A DNA stretch of 64,000 nucleotides from Botryllus schlosseri. Lineage: Eukaryota. Positions 37,461-50,054 of this stretch are shown here, piece by piece. The stretch is from assembly GCA_051294905.1 (NCBI GenBank), contig CM119375.1:6200001-6264000 (forward strand), in the 5' to 3' direction. The notes beneath the pieces are model-generated. The model saw only the letters and a program-made list of their open reading frames with translations. It was not told where the DNA came from and did no database searches. The stretch's first letter is position 1; every line of letters begins with the position of its first letter. The position numbers were made by a program, and so were the translations under genes.

Positions 37461-39239
37461 ATGCCAACGTAACCATAAGACACCGCGCGAGAGATGGCCA
37501 TACCCGGCGGTCAACACGAGTTCTCGAAGCCGCGTGCGAGCGATCCGTATACTGAAAAGGGTTACCATGCGACCACAAGACACAATAGCGGCATGCGAGC
37601 GAGCGGTGGTCGTGCGAACACGGGTTTTCTAAGCTGCGTGCGAGCGATCCCTATACCGAAAAGGGTTACTGTGCGAGAGGGTCCATAAGACGCAATAGCT
37701 GCGTGCGAGCGATAGGGGGGGTCAAAAGGGTCACCATGCCACCACGAGTTTCGCGGCACCATGCCGCCGCACCCATAAGCCACAATGGCGATATGCAACC
37801 GATCATAATGACTACTGTCTGCTGTATAGTTTTTCAAGAAAAACAGACATTCGTGGTGGTGTCGGTGCTTGTACGCTATACAACACATTCATTGCTACGA
37901 TACTATAACTTGACGACTATGTGGAAGATGAACGCTAAAGGGATTTTCTGACCGGCTGGCTAGCGCTTCATTGCTGATAAATGACAAATGACTCTTCATT
38001 CGAAAGTTATTCCTCACAAAAGAAATAAAATTCGATCAAAACGTGTGTTATATGTTTGGGTAAGTGGTATGACACGTACATCGACTGACATAAGTATGTT
38101 CGAAACGTTTCTAGTGTATTTAAGTATAGGGTGATTTCGCGAAATCAAATGTATATTTTTACAACTGTAGAATGTGCTATCCTGGCAAACTAGTCTTTGG
38201 GTTACTGATAAATGACATAATGATTTACACTGCACCCTTTAAATTTCGTTGACATAATTTGTAGCATGAAACCAACTCAAGCTTCTCAGAGACACATATA
38301 TTCCATATTCACGTAGTGAATTAGTATACCTTCGATTAAATTTCTTGATCATACCTCGAATTACTATCGAAAACACAATTACGCGAGCACAAGCATCTGA
38401 TTCATATAGTTTATTATTTAGTGGAAAGTGGCTTTGTGATAGTTTGGTCGCGGTATGTCTTACTGATAGCATCGCGACACCACGAAGTCCGACTACAATT
38501 ACTACGTCGTTTGGTTGATATGAATGTCCTAACACCACAATAGAAAAGCTGGCTCACTTCGATTTCGTGTCACCCTGACGTCACGAATCTTCAATATTAA
38601 CGACCGGTCATTGCCATTATTATATAGCTCCGTTGGAATTACAATTGAGAATATGGCTCCATTCACTATAAAGGTTTCCGCCCCTGCAGTACAACTTGAG
38701 ATTTTATGGCATCAGTGCCCAATGGCCATATTTATCACTAAAGGTTGGTTAGTATATTGAAAAGGGATTGCAACAGTACTTTGAAATCTCATCTATAGCC
38801 TACCATACCATGTATAGTACTATATTTCTTGTCATTAATTTGACTCATTACACAAGCAAAACTTATATAGTGGAAAAGTGATGATATGGTATGTTGCTAA
38901 GCAAATCTACCACGTATGTCATGTGGAACTAGATCGATCTTCGCACCAGAAATTCATCAGTCATATGCTAGTTGACGTTTTCTTTTACTGGCCAAATAAA
39001 GTTTTCAGGAGGAAATCGGCCCCGTGCGACTGTGGATATGGAATCTAAAATTGTTTGTGTGTGCCCTCATCATGTGAAATATGTTCCATCCGATTTTAAC
39101 CATTCACCTCTTTCCTCGTGACAAACGTGACGTGATCGATTTCCAGCACATGGGATAGTAAATGCTTGAACCGTTTTATTGCGATATGTCAATGTAATAA
39201 CAACGATCATACTTGTACAAACTAATGGATTTTCGAAAA

Positions 39240-40375
39240 GTGCAACTGGAACTATAGTTCTAGAAATTCTCAATTTTCAAAACTCGCAACTATAACTGGA
39301 ACAAGAACCACCAACTTTTCAAAATCCGTAACTAGAACTAGAAGTAGAACTATGCTCACTTTTAAAATTCGCAACTGAAACTAAAATCAGAACTACACTG
39401 ACTTTTCAAAACCCGCAACTGTAACTAGAACCACAAAACTAACGATCTTCAAAAATCCGCTACTATAACTAACAGACAGCAAACTAGATCAGCGGTTCTT
39501 GACCGGTGTGTCGGGGTGCCCAATGTAAGGAAAGGTAATGTAATAAATGTGTAATTATTTGTGTAATGTAATGGATTTTTGTTGGAGTTACTTATTGAAG
39601 ATGCGGAGTCTCCCCGAAGTCCTGCAGATTAAATTAGCGTAGGGCCCATCTCGGCATTTTACGACCTGCGGACTAAAGTCGGACAACGAAATGTTGCTTC
39701 AGATTTTGAATAATGCATTTGAATAGGCACTAATTGAAATCTGGGCCCGTATAAATTGAAGTGGAAATATGTTTTTTTTAAGTCTGTCTAGTGTTTATTC
39801 ATGAACCGTGGTTACGTATAACATATGTTTGTCGTATGCGTAATCAAGATTCAAAATATAGTCGATATAAGAGGGATTAGTTCGAGTCGGGATTATGACG
39901 TAAACAAGCAGTTACCCGACTTCGACTGTATCATGTTCTCAGAAAAATAATTGCCGACCCCTGGGGTCGGAGTTGCCAATTCAATATATGTTAAGAACCG
40001 TACTGAACTGAATTTCATTCCCCCGAGAAACACATTACTTTTTGTTTTATTAGAAATATCAGACACGGAATAGACATTTCAAAAGGATATGAGATGGAGA
40101 GATTTAGACCCAACAAATCTACCGGAAGTCTACGTAGCTGGTAATAGTGTTGGCTCCTGAGCTGCACGAACATCATCAAACAGGACGCCGGCATCTATAG
40201 ATTCGCGCAAACGACGACACGTGATTTTTAATTGTTTGGCAACTAATTTTTTTAATGTGCAACTAGAACTAGAACTAGAATAACTGAATTTTAAACATTT
40301 GAAACTAGAACTACTCAATTTTCAAAATCCGCACCTAGAGCTAGAACTAGAACACTAGAACTACTCAAAAACCGA
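39240..40375. repeat. AACTAG/ACTAGA short-repeat arrays at both ends of a probable MITE
   Basis: Arrays at 39240-39490 and 40260-40375 with a shared TTTTCAAAA(T/C)CCGCA motif; TIRs not resolved. Confidence 0.5.
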
Positions 40376-40415
40376 GAGATAGTTGACCTTCAACTGACTA
40401 ACTGGGCAGTTTGTA

Positions 40416-41039
40416 CAGTAGGGTTGTTCAAAAAAAAACTTTTTTTCCAAATCTCACTCGCCTAGTGACTAAATCGTCAGGTTGTCCAAAAAAACGATGC
40501 ACACCAAATTTGACTCAATTCCAACCAGTAACGGCCGTGCAATCTTGAATTGAAATTTTTAAATTATTATTAAAAATAAAAAAATAAAAATTCTCCATTT
40601 TTCTGTCAACCCCATGAAATTGTTGAGCTGTCTTCAAAGACGTTGCAAAACAAATTTGAGTCAATTCCGACCAGTAGAAGCGGGTTTATGTGAGTTTTTC
40701 GTTGATAAATCGCGGATTATCCACCAATCAAGGATAATCCGAGAAATTTCAACGAAAAACTCCAATAACTCCGTTTCTACTGGTCGGAATTGACTCAAAT
40801 TTGTTTTGCAACGTCTTTGAAGACAGCTTAACAATTTCAGGGGGTTGACAGAAAAATTTGAGAATTTTTATTTTTTTATTTTTAATAATAATTTAAAAAT
40901 TTCAATTCAAGATTGCACGGCCGTTACTGGTTGGAATTGAGTCAAATTTGGTGTGCATCGTTTTTTTGGACAACCTGACGATTTAGTCATTAGGCGAGTG
41001 AGATTTGGAAAAAAAAGTTTTTTTTGAACAACCCTATTG
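40416..41039. mobile_element. Near-perfect 624-bp foldback (palindromic) MITE, TA-flanked
   Basis: TA|CAGTAGGGTTGTTC...GAACAACCCTATTG|TA; the two ~300-bp halves are reverse complements with only scattered mismatches. Confidence 0.92.
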
Positions 41040-41647
41040 TACAGGTCTGGCTATGATGCTTTTTCAGTCTATGAATATCGTAAATATTTTTGAAATTATC
41101 TTATACACTCACCAGCCCTGTGCGGTATGCCGATCAGAAATATAAACTGTAACGTACGTTCAGTCACTGCCTAGCCAACGACCACAGATTATATTTTGAT
41201 TGGATATTCTGCAATGTAAAGTATGGCTGGCCGAGATGCTTGTCAGCTCAGTCGCAACCCTGCGTTGCTTGTAATCACTTCCGATGTATAGAGGCCTACC
41301 GCTGAGGCCATGTCAATATAAACCACTGGTTTACAGATTGAAAATTTATTTTTTGGCTAATTAACGTTCACGCCCATATAAAGGTACTAGTCGCAAAATG
41401 TTAACCATAGTCAACTCTCAACACTCTGAAAGAAAAGAGTCTGTATTCACACCCAAAGGTCAGAAAGGGAGGTACACAAAATCAGAACTTTACTCAGAAT
41501 TATATCGCTGTCATACGCGTGTGGTGCCTACCTTCCAACGTTACTACGTGCATCCATAATTTTGATTAAAATGTTGTACTTGATTTATACCGCGGTATAA
41601 GTCTGAGTTAGGAACTGGTGTCCTGTGTCATGGCTGTACATTCACAC

Positions 41648-43381
41648 CAGAGTTGGAAATTACAATATTTTAATTCAATTACAATTACAATTACAATTAC
41701 TTCTTTGCATGTCTCAATTACATTACAATTACTCAATGCTAAAAATATCAAATTACAATTACAATTACTGTTAAATATGTAATTTATTACAATTATAATT
41801 ATAATTAAAATTACTTTTAAACAGGTAATTGATTCATTAAATAGGTGTTCTTTGACAACCGTAGCGTCGTACTAGCAACAATCTCAAGCTATTCATGTTC
41901 AATTCCTGATATGTAGAATACCCTATATTTAAACAAAAACTTGAACGTATTCGAACTATTCCTTATCATGAGTACTGGGAAATACAAGCACAGAAAAATG
42001 TTTCAAGCGACTGTTAAGAACCACAGGTTTGAGTGACTAACAGCGAATAGGCTACAGGACAGTCAATGGAATGTAATCAAACGATTAGGCTACTCAGAGC
42101 TGAGTCCTTTTTTTTTCTATTCGTCGAGTGTTAAATGTGCAATGAGAGATATGATATTCTTTTTTGCCTGCACCATCGAGATGCTTTGACGACGGAGTTG
42201 CGATACGGCCGTGATGTCATCTAGTAAGAATAATGAAATGTAATTGGGAAGGCGTCAGCGATAAGGATGATACCGATAAGTTGCGTGAAATTAAAATAAT
42301 TGTAAAAGGAAAGAACCTTCTGATAACTAAGAATTACAATATTTTGGTTCGCATTTACATTTTCACTTGCTCGGAAACTGTTAGATTGCATTTGATGAAA
42401 ATTAGGGTGCGAAAAGTTTCTGACCCCAGTGAATTTGGTCAAGATTGGAGGTAAGATTGGGATACATCTCTACAAATGCGTGATCAAGTTTGATGAAGAC
42501 TTGGTTGGAAACTTGAATTTTGTTTTTGCTATTGTTGCAACAAGCCTCGGTACTGGTCAGAGATTAAAGAAAACTTTGACCGTGGTGTGGGAAATGGTTC
42601 AGCACAGGTTTCAGAAGAGTTTATTTGCTATTCATTCATTTTTGAAAATTCTCCAACATTTTTAGACACGCCCCCTTCATGACAGTAAATATTTCGTGCC
42701 CCCTTATCGTCATAACACACAATGAAACCAGAAAGTTAGCAATCCTTACATATAGTTTGATGGTATGGAAGGTTATGACTGTTGATGAGAGAATTCTCCA
42801 ATACGAAATTCAGACTATACACCGAGAAATAACCATAAAACGGAGGTGAATCAGGCCGAGCGCAGAAAGGATTTCAGTTCACTGGACTGTCGCGCCCCGT
42901 TCAGATGCTTTCACGCCGCCCTATGGGGCACGCCCTCACTTTGAGAACCACTGGTTTAGCCTATATTGTAATTTACAAAGTTTTCTCTGTTGCTACTGAA
43001 GTATGAGAAACAGTTTAGCGTGACTCAATTATCTAGTTATAACGCAGCACGCATAGAACACCGATGTAAATAGGCTAATTATTACATGTCGTGACTGTTT
43101 ACTAAGGCCTTAAGGCCCCTCGTCGTCATCCTGGTTCGTACCGGATTTTCACTGGTGCGGCGAATAAATGAATGATTAAATGATCATTTTATGTTGTGAT
43201 TGTCAGGTTTCCTTGAAAATGTAATTGAGATTGTAATGGAGCAAAATTTGATCAAATTACAATTACAATTACAATTACACAAAATAGAAATGCTTCAAGT
43301 ACAATTACAATTGCAATTACATGAAATAATGTAATTAATAAACATTCAGCTCAATTAGAAATTACAATTGATCCAACTCTG
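41648..43381. mobile_element. hAT-type MITE with AATTAC arrays, containing a SINE tail (~42135-42210) and a decayed Buster MITE (~42650-42953)
   Basis: TIR CAGAGTTGG...CCAACTCTG; perfect TSD ATTCACAC. Confidence 0.9.
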
Positions 43382-44365
43382 ATTCACACCCTTATATCAG
43401 GAGTGGTGCAAGGATTGTACTACAGACTATTTTCTTTAATAGTGTAGGGCAGAGGTTTCCAACCTTTTTTCTTTCATCCCCCATCATTTGATTATGATGG
43501 TCTTTAAATCCCACAAACTTAAATCCCTCTATTGAACCCTGAAAAATGCTCCATTCAATAAAATTCGGTTATACTTTGTATCGCAACGTCTGACAGTAGG
43601 CATGAACAATTGCCTTTTACTGCAACATAAACTTCTCGTGTGTGAACCCAATTTTGGTTATCCAGAGTTTGCAATGAGTTTTTGTGGACAACAGGCGATA
43701 GAATTACCGACGCATATGTATTTCAGAACAGTGAACTAGTAACCGTAATCGTGGTGTTATGCCTGCGTAACAACGCTGTCTGGCGAAACGAGAGAGTAAC
43801 GACAGACTAAGGCTCTCGTTTCGCCAGACAGCATTGTTGCGTTCCAATGCCAATCTCCATACCAATGAAAAATTCGAGGCTCATTGTGGGGGTTCGAGGG
43901 CCGCGAGCGGAATATAATTTATATTTTCGTAATCAGTGCAGAGTCAGCTTTCGATTGATACCCGTAATACCAAATTTAATGCTTGGCAAGCCGGTCAAAA
44001 ATGACCGTCAAATTGCCTGTAGCCAAATGGAAATTGTGACGTGATACAATTTCACTGAGCCGTGAGATTTGCTTGTGTCGACACCATATAGGACACTATG
44101 CTGAAACCAAGAAGGCAATGGTGCCACAAAAGGCACCGGTGAGCGTGATGGCTCATGTACAAAACGAACAATTCCTCGTGTTACATAGCCAACACCACTA
44201 ATGGAATCGTATTAGGAGAAACGCGATTCATCAAAATTTAGCGTTTGTGTAATTTGCTAAATTTCATCACATCATTTGCAATCCTGGTGAGTTAAGACCA
44301 ACATGAACTAAGTAGAATGTGTTATAATATTACATTTTGTAGGGTAATTGACTGCACAAAATTTG

Positions 44366-45911
44366 TCAAGCGTAATTCACATCGCCCACAAATCCATTAT
44401 TTTTTCCTCGCTTCGTTGGAAAAGGATGGTCCTCTCCAAAAATGTGCATCGAATACGCGACGTGCACCCAAGCCGATTTTTTAATGATCGGCCAGACCTT
44501 CGCCGTCAGGAAATTGATGTCCACCATGTATTCGTCATTTCCCTTATATTCCGCGATGAGTTGTCTCATGTTGGGAATAGAATTTCCGTAACCTCCCCAC
44601 ATCTGACCGTTGATCGGAACCTTAGAATGGTTTGGTTGATCCCGCATGACATGAAATTTCCTGCCGGATTTCAGCCATTCTACTGTGGCCAATCGTCCTC
44701 TTTCAAGCGTACGATAGTCGACGTCTAGTATCGTGAAGTACTTGACGGGTTCGGTGGCGATAAGGAACCGACTGGACATACGATTTCCGATAGAGGTACC
44801 CGTCATATTTACGAATTTGACGTTGTACGAGCAAAGCTCGTTTGCGATTTTAGGGTCCACGGTATTATGGACATACATCCATACCTTCCAGCCTGGATAT
44901 ATCGTGAACACCCTTTTCACGTTGTCAAGCGCACCATTCACATATCTCAATTTGTTTCCATAGAAAGAATAAATTAATGCGGGTCGAACCCAAGTACGAT
45001 TTGCAATACTATGCATTTGGCTCAAGTCCAAAGAATACCGCTCTTGCGGATCAGTGCAGCGGTCGAAGTAAAATTCGATGCCGTCCCTAATCCAATTTGG
45101 AAAGTCACACAGACGGAAACCGTACGGGACCTCATTCTCCCCACAGTACTCTCCGTCTTGGTTTCTTTGTCCTATTTTAATCGCCAGCGATTTTGCGGGG
45201 AAAATACCAGTGATATTCTCTTTTTTCAGTATTTGATTCCATTCCAATCGATCGACCAGTTCCCGGTTGCGAGAAAGTAATATTTTCGCAAATTTTCTAT
45301 TAAATGCAATGCCGAATTTGCCGGACACAGCGCCTTCGCATACCTCGTCTGTCTTGATATCACAATCTTTCTGGGAACTGTGAAGGGTAGCCGAATGATA
45401 TAAGGACAGAAATTGACGGTTGTTTTTCTGCACGTGTTTGACTAAGAATTCCCTCCAATTCGACATGAATATCATCTCACTGTCCACAAGGAACAATATT
45501 TCGTAGCTGCTGTCTGTAAATATCTCCAATATATGTCTCATTTGTGATAATTGTTCTGGTAGTATTGTTATTTCATTTCCGTACCATGTATTCAGCAAAC
45601 CGTAAGTGTAGGTGTTCTTATTCTGCGGGAAAACATATATATTATATATCCACATCTGGAATTTCGTGATATCTTCTTACTACAGATGCGGTGAATCTGG
45701 AGTATCCTATTCGTTTAGTTAGGGAGACGGCAAACATGATATCTCCTGTATTTGCTCTCTGTTTCTCCGACTCCAACTCAATTACCGAGTCGAGCAGGTC
45801 ACCATCAGAGGTGGTCGAACACATCCGTGAAAGGAAGAGACTTTAGACGATGAGGTATATGACAATAACAAATGAAACCGATAATATTCCCATCCTCTTC
45901 GGTAATTTCAT
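44366..45911 (-). pseudogene. Two-domain glycosyltransferase-like type-II membrane protein, copy 1 (disrupted)
   Basis: ATG 45911, MKLPKRMGILSVSFVIVIYLIV*SLFLS signal anchor with TAA at 45845-45843; frameshift from a 7-bp duplication at 45636-45649; then a 429-aa open frame with FLVDSE (DxD-like), YSFYG, YPGW, EWLKSGRKFHVMRDQP, GQMWGG and PFPT...FVG. Confidence 0.8.
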
Positions 45912-46902
45912 ATTGTATTGCGTCATGTCTGATAAGGATCTGTGAATACAATTTGAGGTCTGTAAGTTTATTTGAATTTACCGGAACGTAAGATATGGTA
46001 TGGAATAGTCCGACGTACATGAAGTTTGTGCCCTTGAAATGCCCTGCGTTAATCAACTCTGAGATCCTCATAAGCCTCATACGTTACGCAGGTGACTGGT
46101 GGAAACCCGGGCGTTCCAACAAGTTTTGCGATTTCTTGAAATCCTCATCATCATTTGTATAACTTTCACTATAAATTTACTCGACCATTCTAATCGAGGT
46201 ATTAATTGAATCGAGAATTATTAAGCAGAAGTGGTCAAACTAGTCGAAAATCCAACTCACATCCTAGAAGCAGACGTTGTGACGTATAATTCTATCCACC
46301 GAAAGAAGCAGTGGTTTTCTAAGCAGGCCAAAACTACTTCGAGTTCATAAATTCAAATGCGCCTACTTGGATATTACTCAAGGAAGTAGGTAATTATGGT
46401 TATAGTTATAAAACTCTCGTATGGGCTTACCATTCTGGAAACTGACGTTTGAGGATGATTTGAAGAGCTGGATTCGTGCTACTACATACCAGGAGGTCGC
46501 ATCTGCAACAACGTAAGGAATTCGGCCGCATCCGGAGGCTCCTATATGTATTGTATACATAGCTTTCAATAAAACATCCATTGTAGTAGAATATTTATTG
46601 AACCCGAAGATTTTGTGGGTGCCTCATTTCAAGAGTTAACGGTACACTAAAGGGCAACATTTAGTGAAAAACTCGCCCGTGCACACTGCTCACAACACTA
46701 TAATGACAATATGTTCACTGCCATTGCGCAAGTCAGATCTGTGTTTCATTCAAAAGTATTGGAGTCTATCATTATTTAATTGCCTAAACCTATTCTATGC
46801 AGACAAAATGACTTTCTCTATAACTTACAAATTTGTCATTACTTTGTTTTCTTTCGTGTTTGTATCTTTATTTTCAAATTGCGTTGTGACTATGGTACCG
46901 TA

Positions 46903-47089
46903 GGTTGCCAGTAAATTCGGCCCTCGGTATATTTGGCCCCCTGTAAATTCGGCCTCGGTAAATTCGGCCCTTGATCTATTTTGCATTATAAATGCATTTA
47001 ATACGAATTATCATTCTCATATATGGAAGTTTTACGTGTTGTGGGTGGGTAAGGGGGACATTAGGGTTGAAGTTAAGGCATCCCAAGAC
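46903..47089 (-). repeat. Truncated inverted copy of the right end of the 8834-9929 element
   Basis: GGTTGCCAGTAAATTCGGCC TIR followed by sequence matching the reverse complement of 9730-9929. Confidence 0.85.
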
Positions 47090-47340
47090 AATATCGGCCA
47101 GGTTCAAAGGACAATACCATGAATACCATAACAACCCGTAACGGCGCTGCTGTGAAATCCCATTCCAGAAAGCTAGTTAACAGTGGGGAATATTTTAAGT
47201 ACAATACGAAGTCTACGCTTTCGGCCCTGATCATACGGGTGAATACATAGCTTACGGCAACTTTCCTTATAAAAACGACGCACGTGGTTTACCATACAAA
47301 CTGTGATTTGTCTACGATGGTATTTCATGCCGACCTACGA

Positions 47341-48699
47341 GATTACCTTAAATTATGACATTTAACCGTACATACAATCGCAATTGATCTATGATATTGA
47401 TAAGCAATACAGACTGACATTTCTAAATTCGCTCATGCACCATCCCTGGTTCATACATTCTCCCTTCAGCATCGGGGTTTTCTAAAGTTAAAATGAATGG
47501 CGACGATAACGTTTTCAACTCGCCGGTTGAATCGCCGGTTTTGAAAAATTACAATGAAACATACGAGACACTAAAAGAGGTGTGACTAAAACTCAGAGAA
47601 GGGTGACAATTGGGGATACGCTCTCTAAAGAAAAATACCAGACAATACAAAGAGATTGCATCAATCACCGTGTTCATTGTAACTTCACACGAACCATTGG
47701 AGGTAGAATGAGAAACCGCTATTTTTCGAAATGTATACAACGGAGGGGTGATATGGTTAGGATGCTGCTCAGATAACGAACGCGTGCTCAGTAATTGATT
47801 TTAAATTGTAATACCTCATTAGCCGTCAGGGTATGTAAATAGAAATATGGAGAACGCTAAATGATTAATGGTATTTCTATGCTGATCTTCATGAACTGCT
47901 AGTTGCGGACATATGTCTGGACCCGAAATTACGCAGATTGAATATTTATTGTTTCGACATAGGGCTACAGCAGGGGCAAGGCAGACACCAGCAAAGCCGC
48001 AGCCGTGTCCATGAACAAAGATTATGCTGCATAGAGGATGGGCATGTCACATCAGTCAACAATGTATTTGCAAAAACCCCTTCATAAAATGTCTCAAGTC
48101 ATTTAAGTGTAATAACGAAATTGGTACCAGATTACCTTAAATTATGACATTCAACCGTACATACAATCGCAATTGATCTATGATATTGATAAGCAATACC
48201 GACTGATATTTCTAAATTCGCCTATGCACTATCCCTGGTTCATACATGCTCCCTCCAGCATCGGGGTTTTCTAAAGTTAAAATGAATGGCGACGATATCG
48301 TTTTCAACTCGTCGGCTGAATCGCCGGTTTTGAAAAATTACAATGAAACGTACGAGACACTAAAAGAGGTGTGGCTGAAACTCACAGAAGGGTGACATTT
48401 GTGGATACGCTGTCTAAAGAAAAATACCAGACAATACAAAGAGATGGCATCAATCACCGTGTTCATTGTAACTTCACACGAACCATTGGAGGTAGAATGA
48501 GCAACCGGTAATATTCGAAGTGTATACAACGGAGGCGTGATGTGAAGAGGATTCTGCTCAGATAACGAACGCCAGCTCAGTAATCAATTTTAGATTGTAA
48601 TGCCTCATTAGCCGCCAGGATATCTAAATAGAAATATGGAAAACGCTAATTGATAAATGGTATTTCTATGCTGATCTTTATGAACTGCTAGTTGCGGAC
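47341..48699 (+). repeat. Direct duplication of a ~570-bp unit (47341-47910 and 48130-48699)
   Basis: Both copies run from GATTACCTTAAATTATGACATT to GAACTGCTAGTTGCGGAC; 219-bp spacer; visibly diverged. Confidence 0.9.
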
Positions 48700-48914
48700 T
48701 AGTTGAAACGGTAGTGGAGCTCTCGGCTAACCAGTCCTCTCGTACGTGAGTCGCAGATTGCATGTTGCAACTACGTGAAGACCAGGGCCCGGAATTTATA
48801 CCTGGTATCAATTGAATGATATTGTCTCATTGATTCCGAAACCATCTATAATATTTATAATAATTCGATACCTCAAAATGAAATGTGAGAAAATGTGGCG
48901 ATGCAGAATAAACA

Positions 48915-49050
48915 TTGTATCCATAGTCAATAGTCGTTGGCGCTACATGGATCGTAAACAAAAAACATGACACATATCCAGAAGATTCTAGGAAACGTTC
49001 GATTCGACATCATCCAAAAGATCGCCTTGTTGGGCACTGTGCCAGTGTAC
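48915..49050 (+). mobile_element. 3' fragment of an RLE-class non-LTR retrotransposon (R4/NeSL-like)
   Basis: IVVGA... then HIQKILGNVRFDIIQKIALLGT matches the typical C-terminal VVGALG...IQKxALLGT motif; contains a frameshift. Confidence 0.6.
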
Positions 49051-50054
49051 AGTACATATTCTCCGAGAGGCCTTGACTACTGGCCACTAGACCAAAATTA
49101 TATACATCAGCGACTGAATGACACCCTAATTTCTGTAACTTCGATGCTTCATGTTCAATCATGTCTACCTCTGCTCTGCAACCTTCGCCAATTCTTCATC
49201 TACCGCAATTCTGTAACCTGACCTCTGGATGTAGGCTACTGCAAAGGAATAACAATTTGACTGTATTAGTGAAATTTCAAAATTTACTACAATCTCGCCA
49301 TTATTCTTTGGGGGCAGTTTGCTCCCGGATTATGTGTGTATTTACCAGTTCTACTGTGAATAAAGAAAATAATATTATTAATAATGTAAGGCCACCAGCA
49401 TCGCCAAAATAACAGGAAACGTAAAAGTTAAACAGTAAGATAGACTTCGTTGTTCAAAATGATTGCGCATGCGCAGTGAACTATACGAGGCTTGCATAAT
49501 GTATATACAATTCAATCTGGCGCACCGAATGATGACCCAGTAATGGGTAATGTGACAACGGCAAAACATTGAAACTAAAGACAGTACAGGTCAAGGGGCA
49601 GCTTTCATAGCGAAAATAGTGTATATTTCCGTATATCAGGGGTGGTACACGGGTGGAAAACATCTTTTTGCTAAGCGTGTGTAGTAGAGAGTGTTTAGTA
49701 CAGTGTATATACTTCCTCTCTATGTATTTTTGGGACAAAAACCTACCAAAATTTTAGGCATAAATGTATATAGCGTAGACCTAGGCTCAAAGTTTCAGAA
49801 TCGGACGGACGTGGGTGCGGTTAAATTATCCTGCTTTTCTGTCTGATTCAAGGTTTCTATAGTGTGGCACCCGAAACAATTACAATTTAAGTAATGCCTG
49901 TCTTCGATTTCCAGCCCCAATGGAAGTAATAATCACGAGCTTCTCCAAACTACAGACTCGCGCACAGCATAGCGTAGTATTATAGTCATTACCGACCGCT
50001 GGATCACTATCGATAATCTTTCATTTTCAGACATCGTTGTCCTCTAAATGTGAT

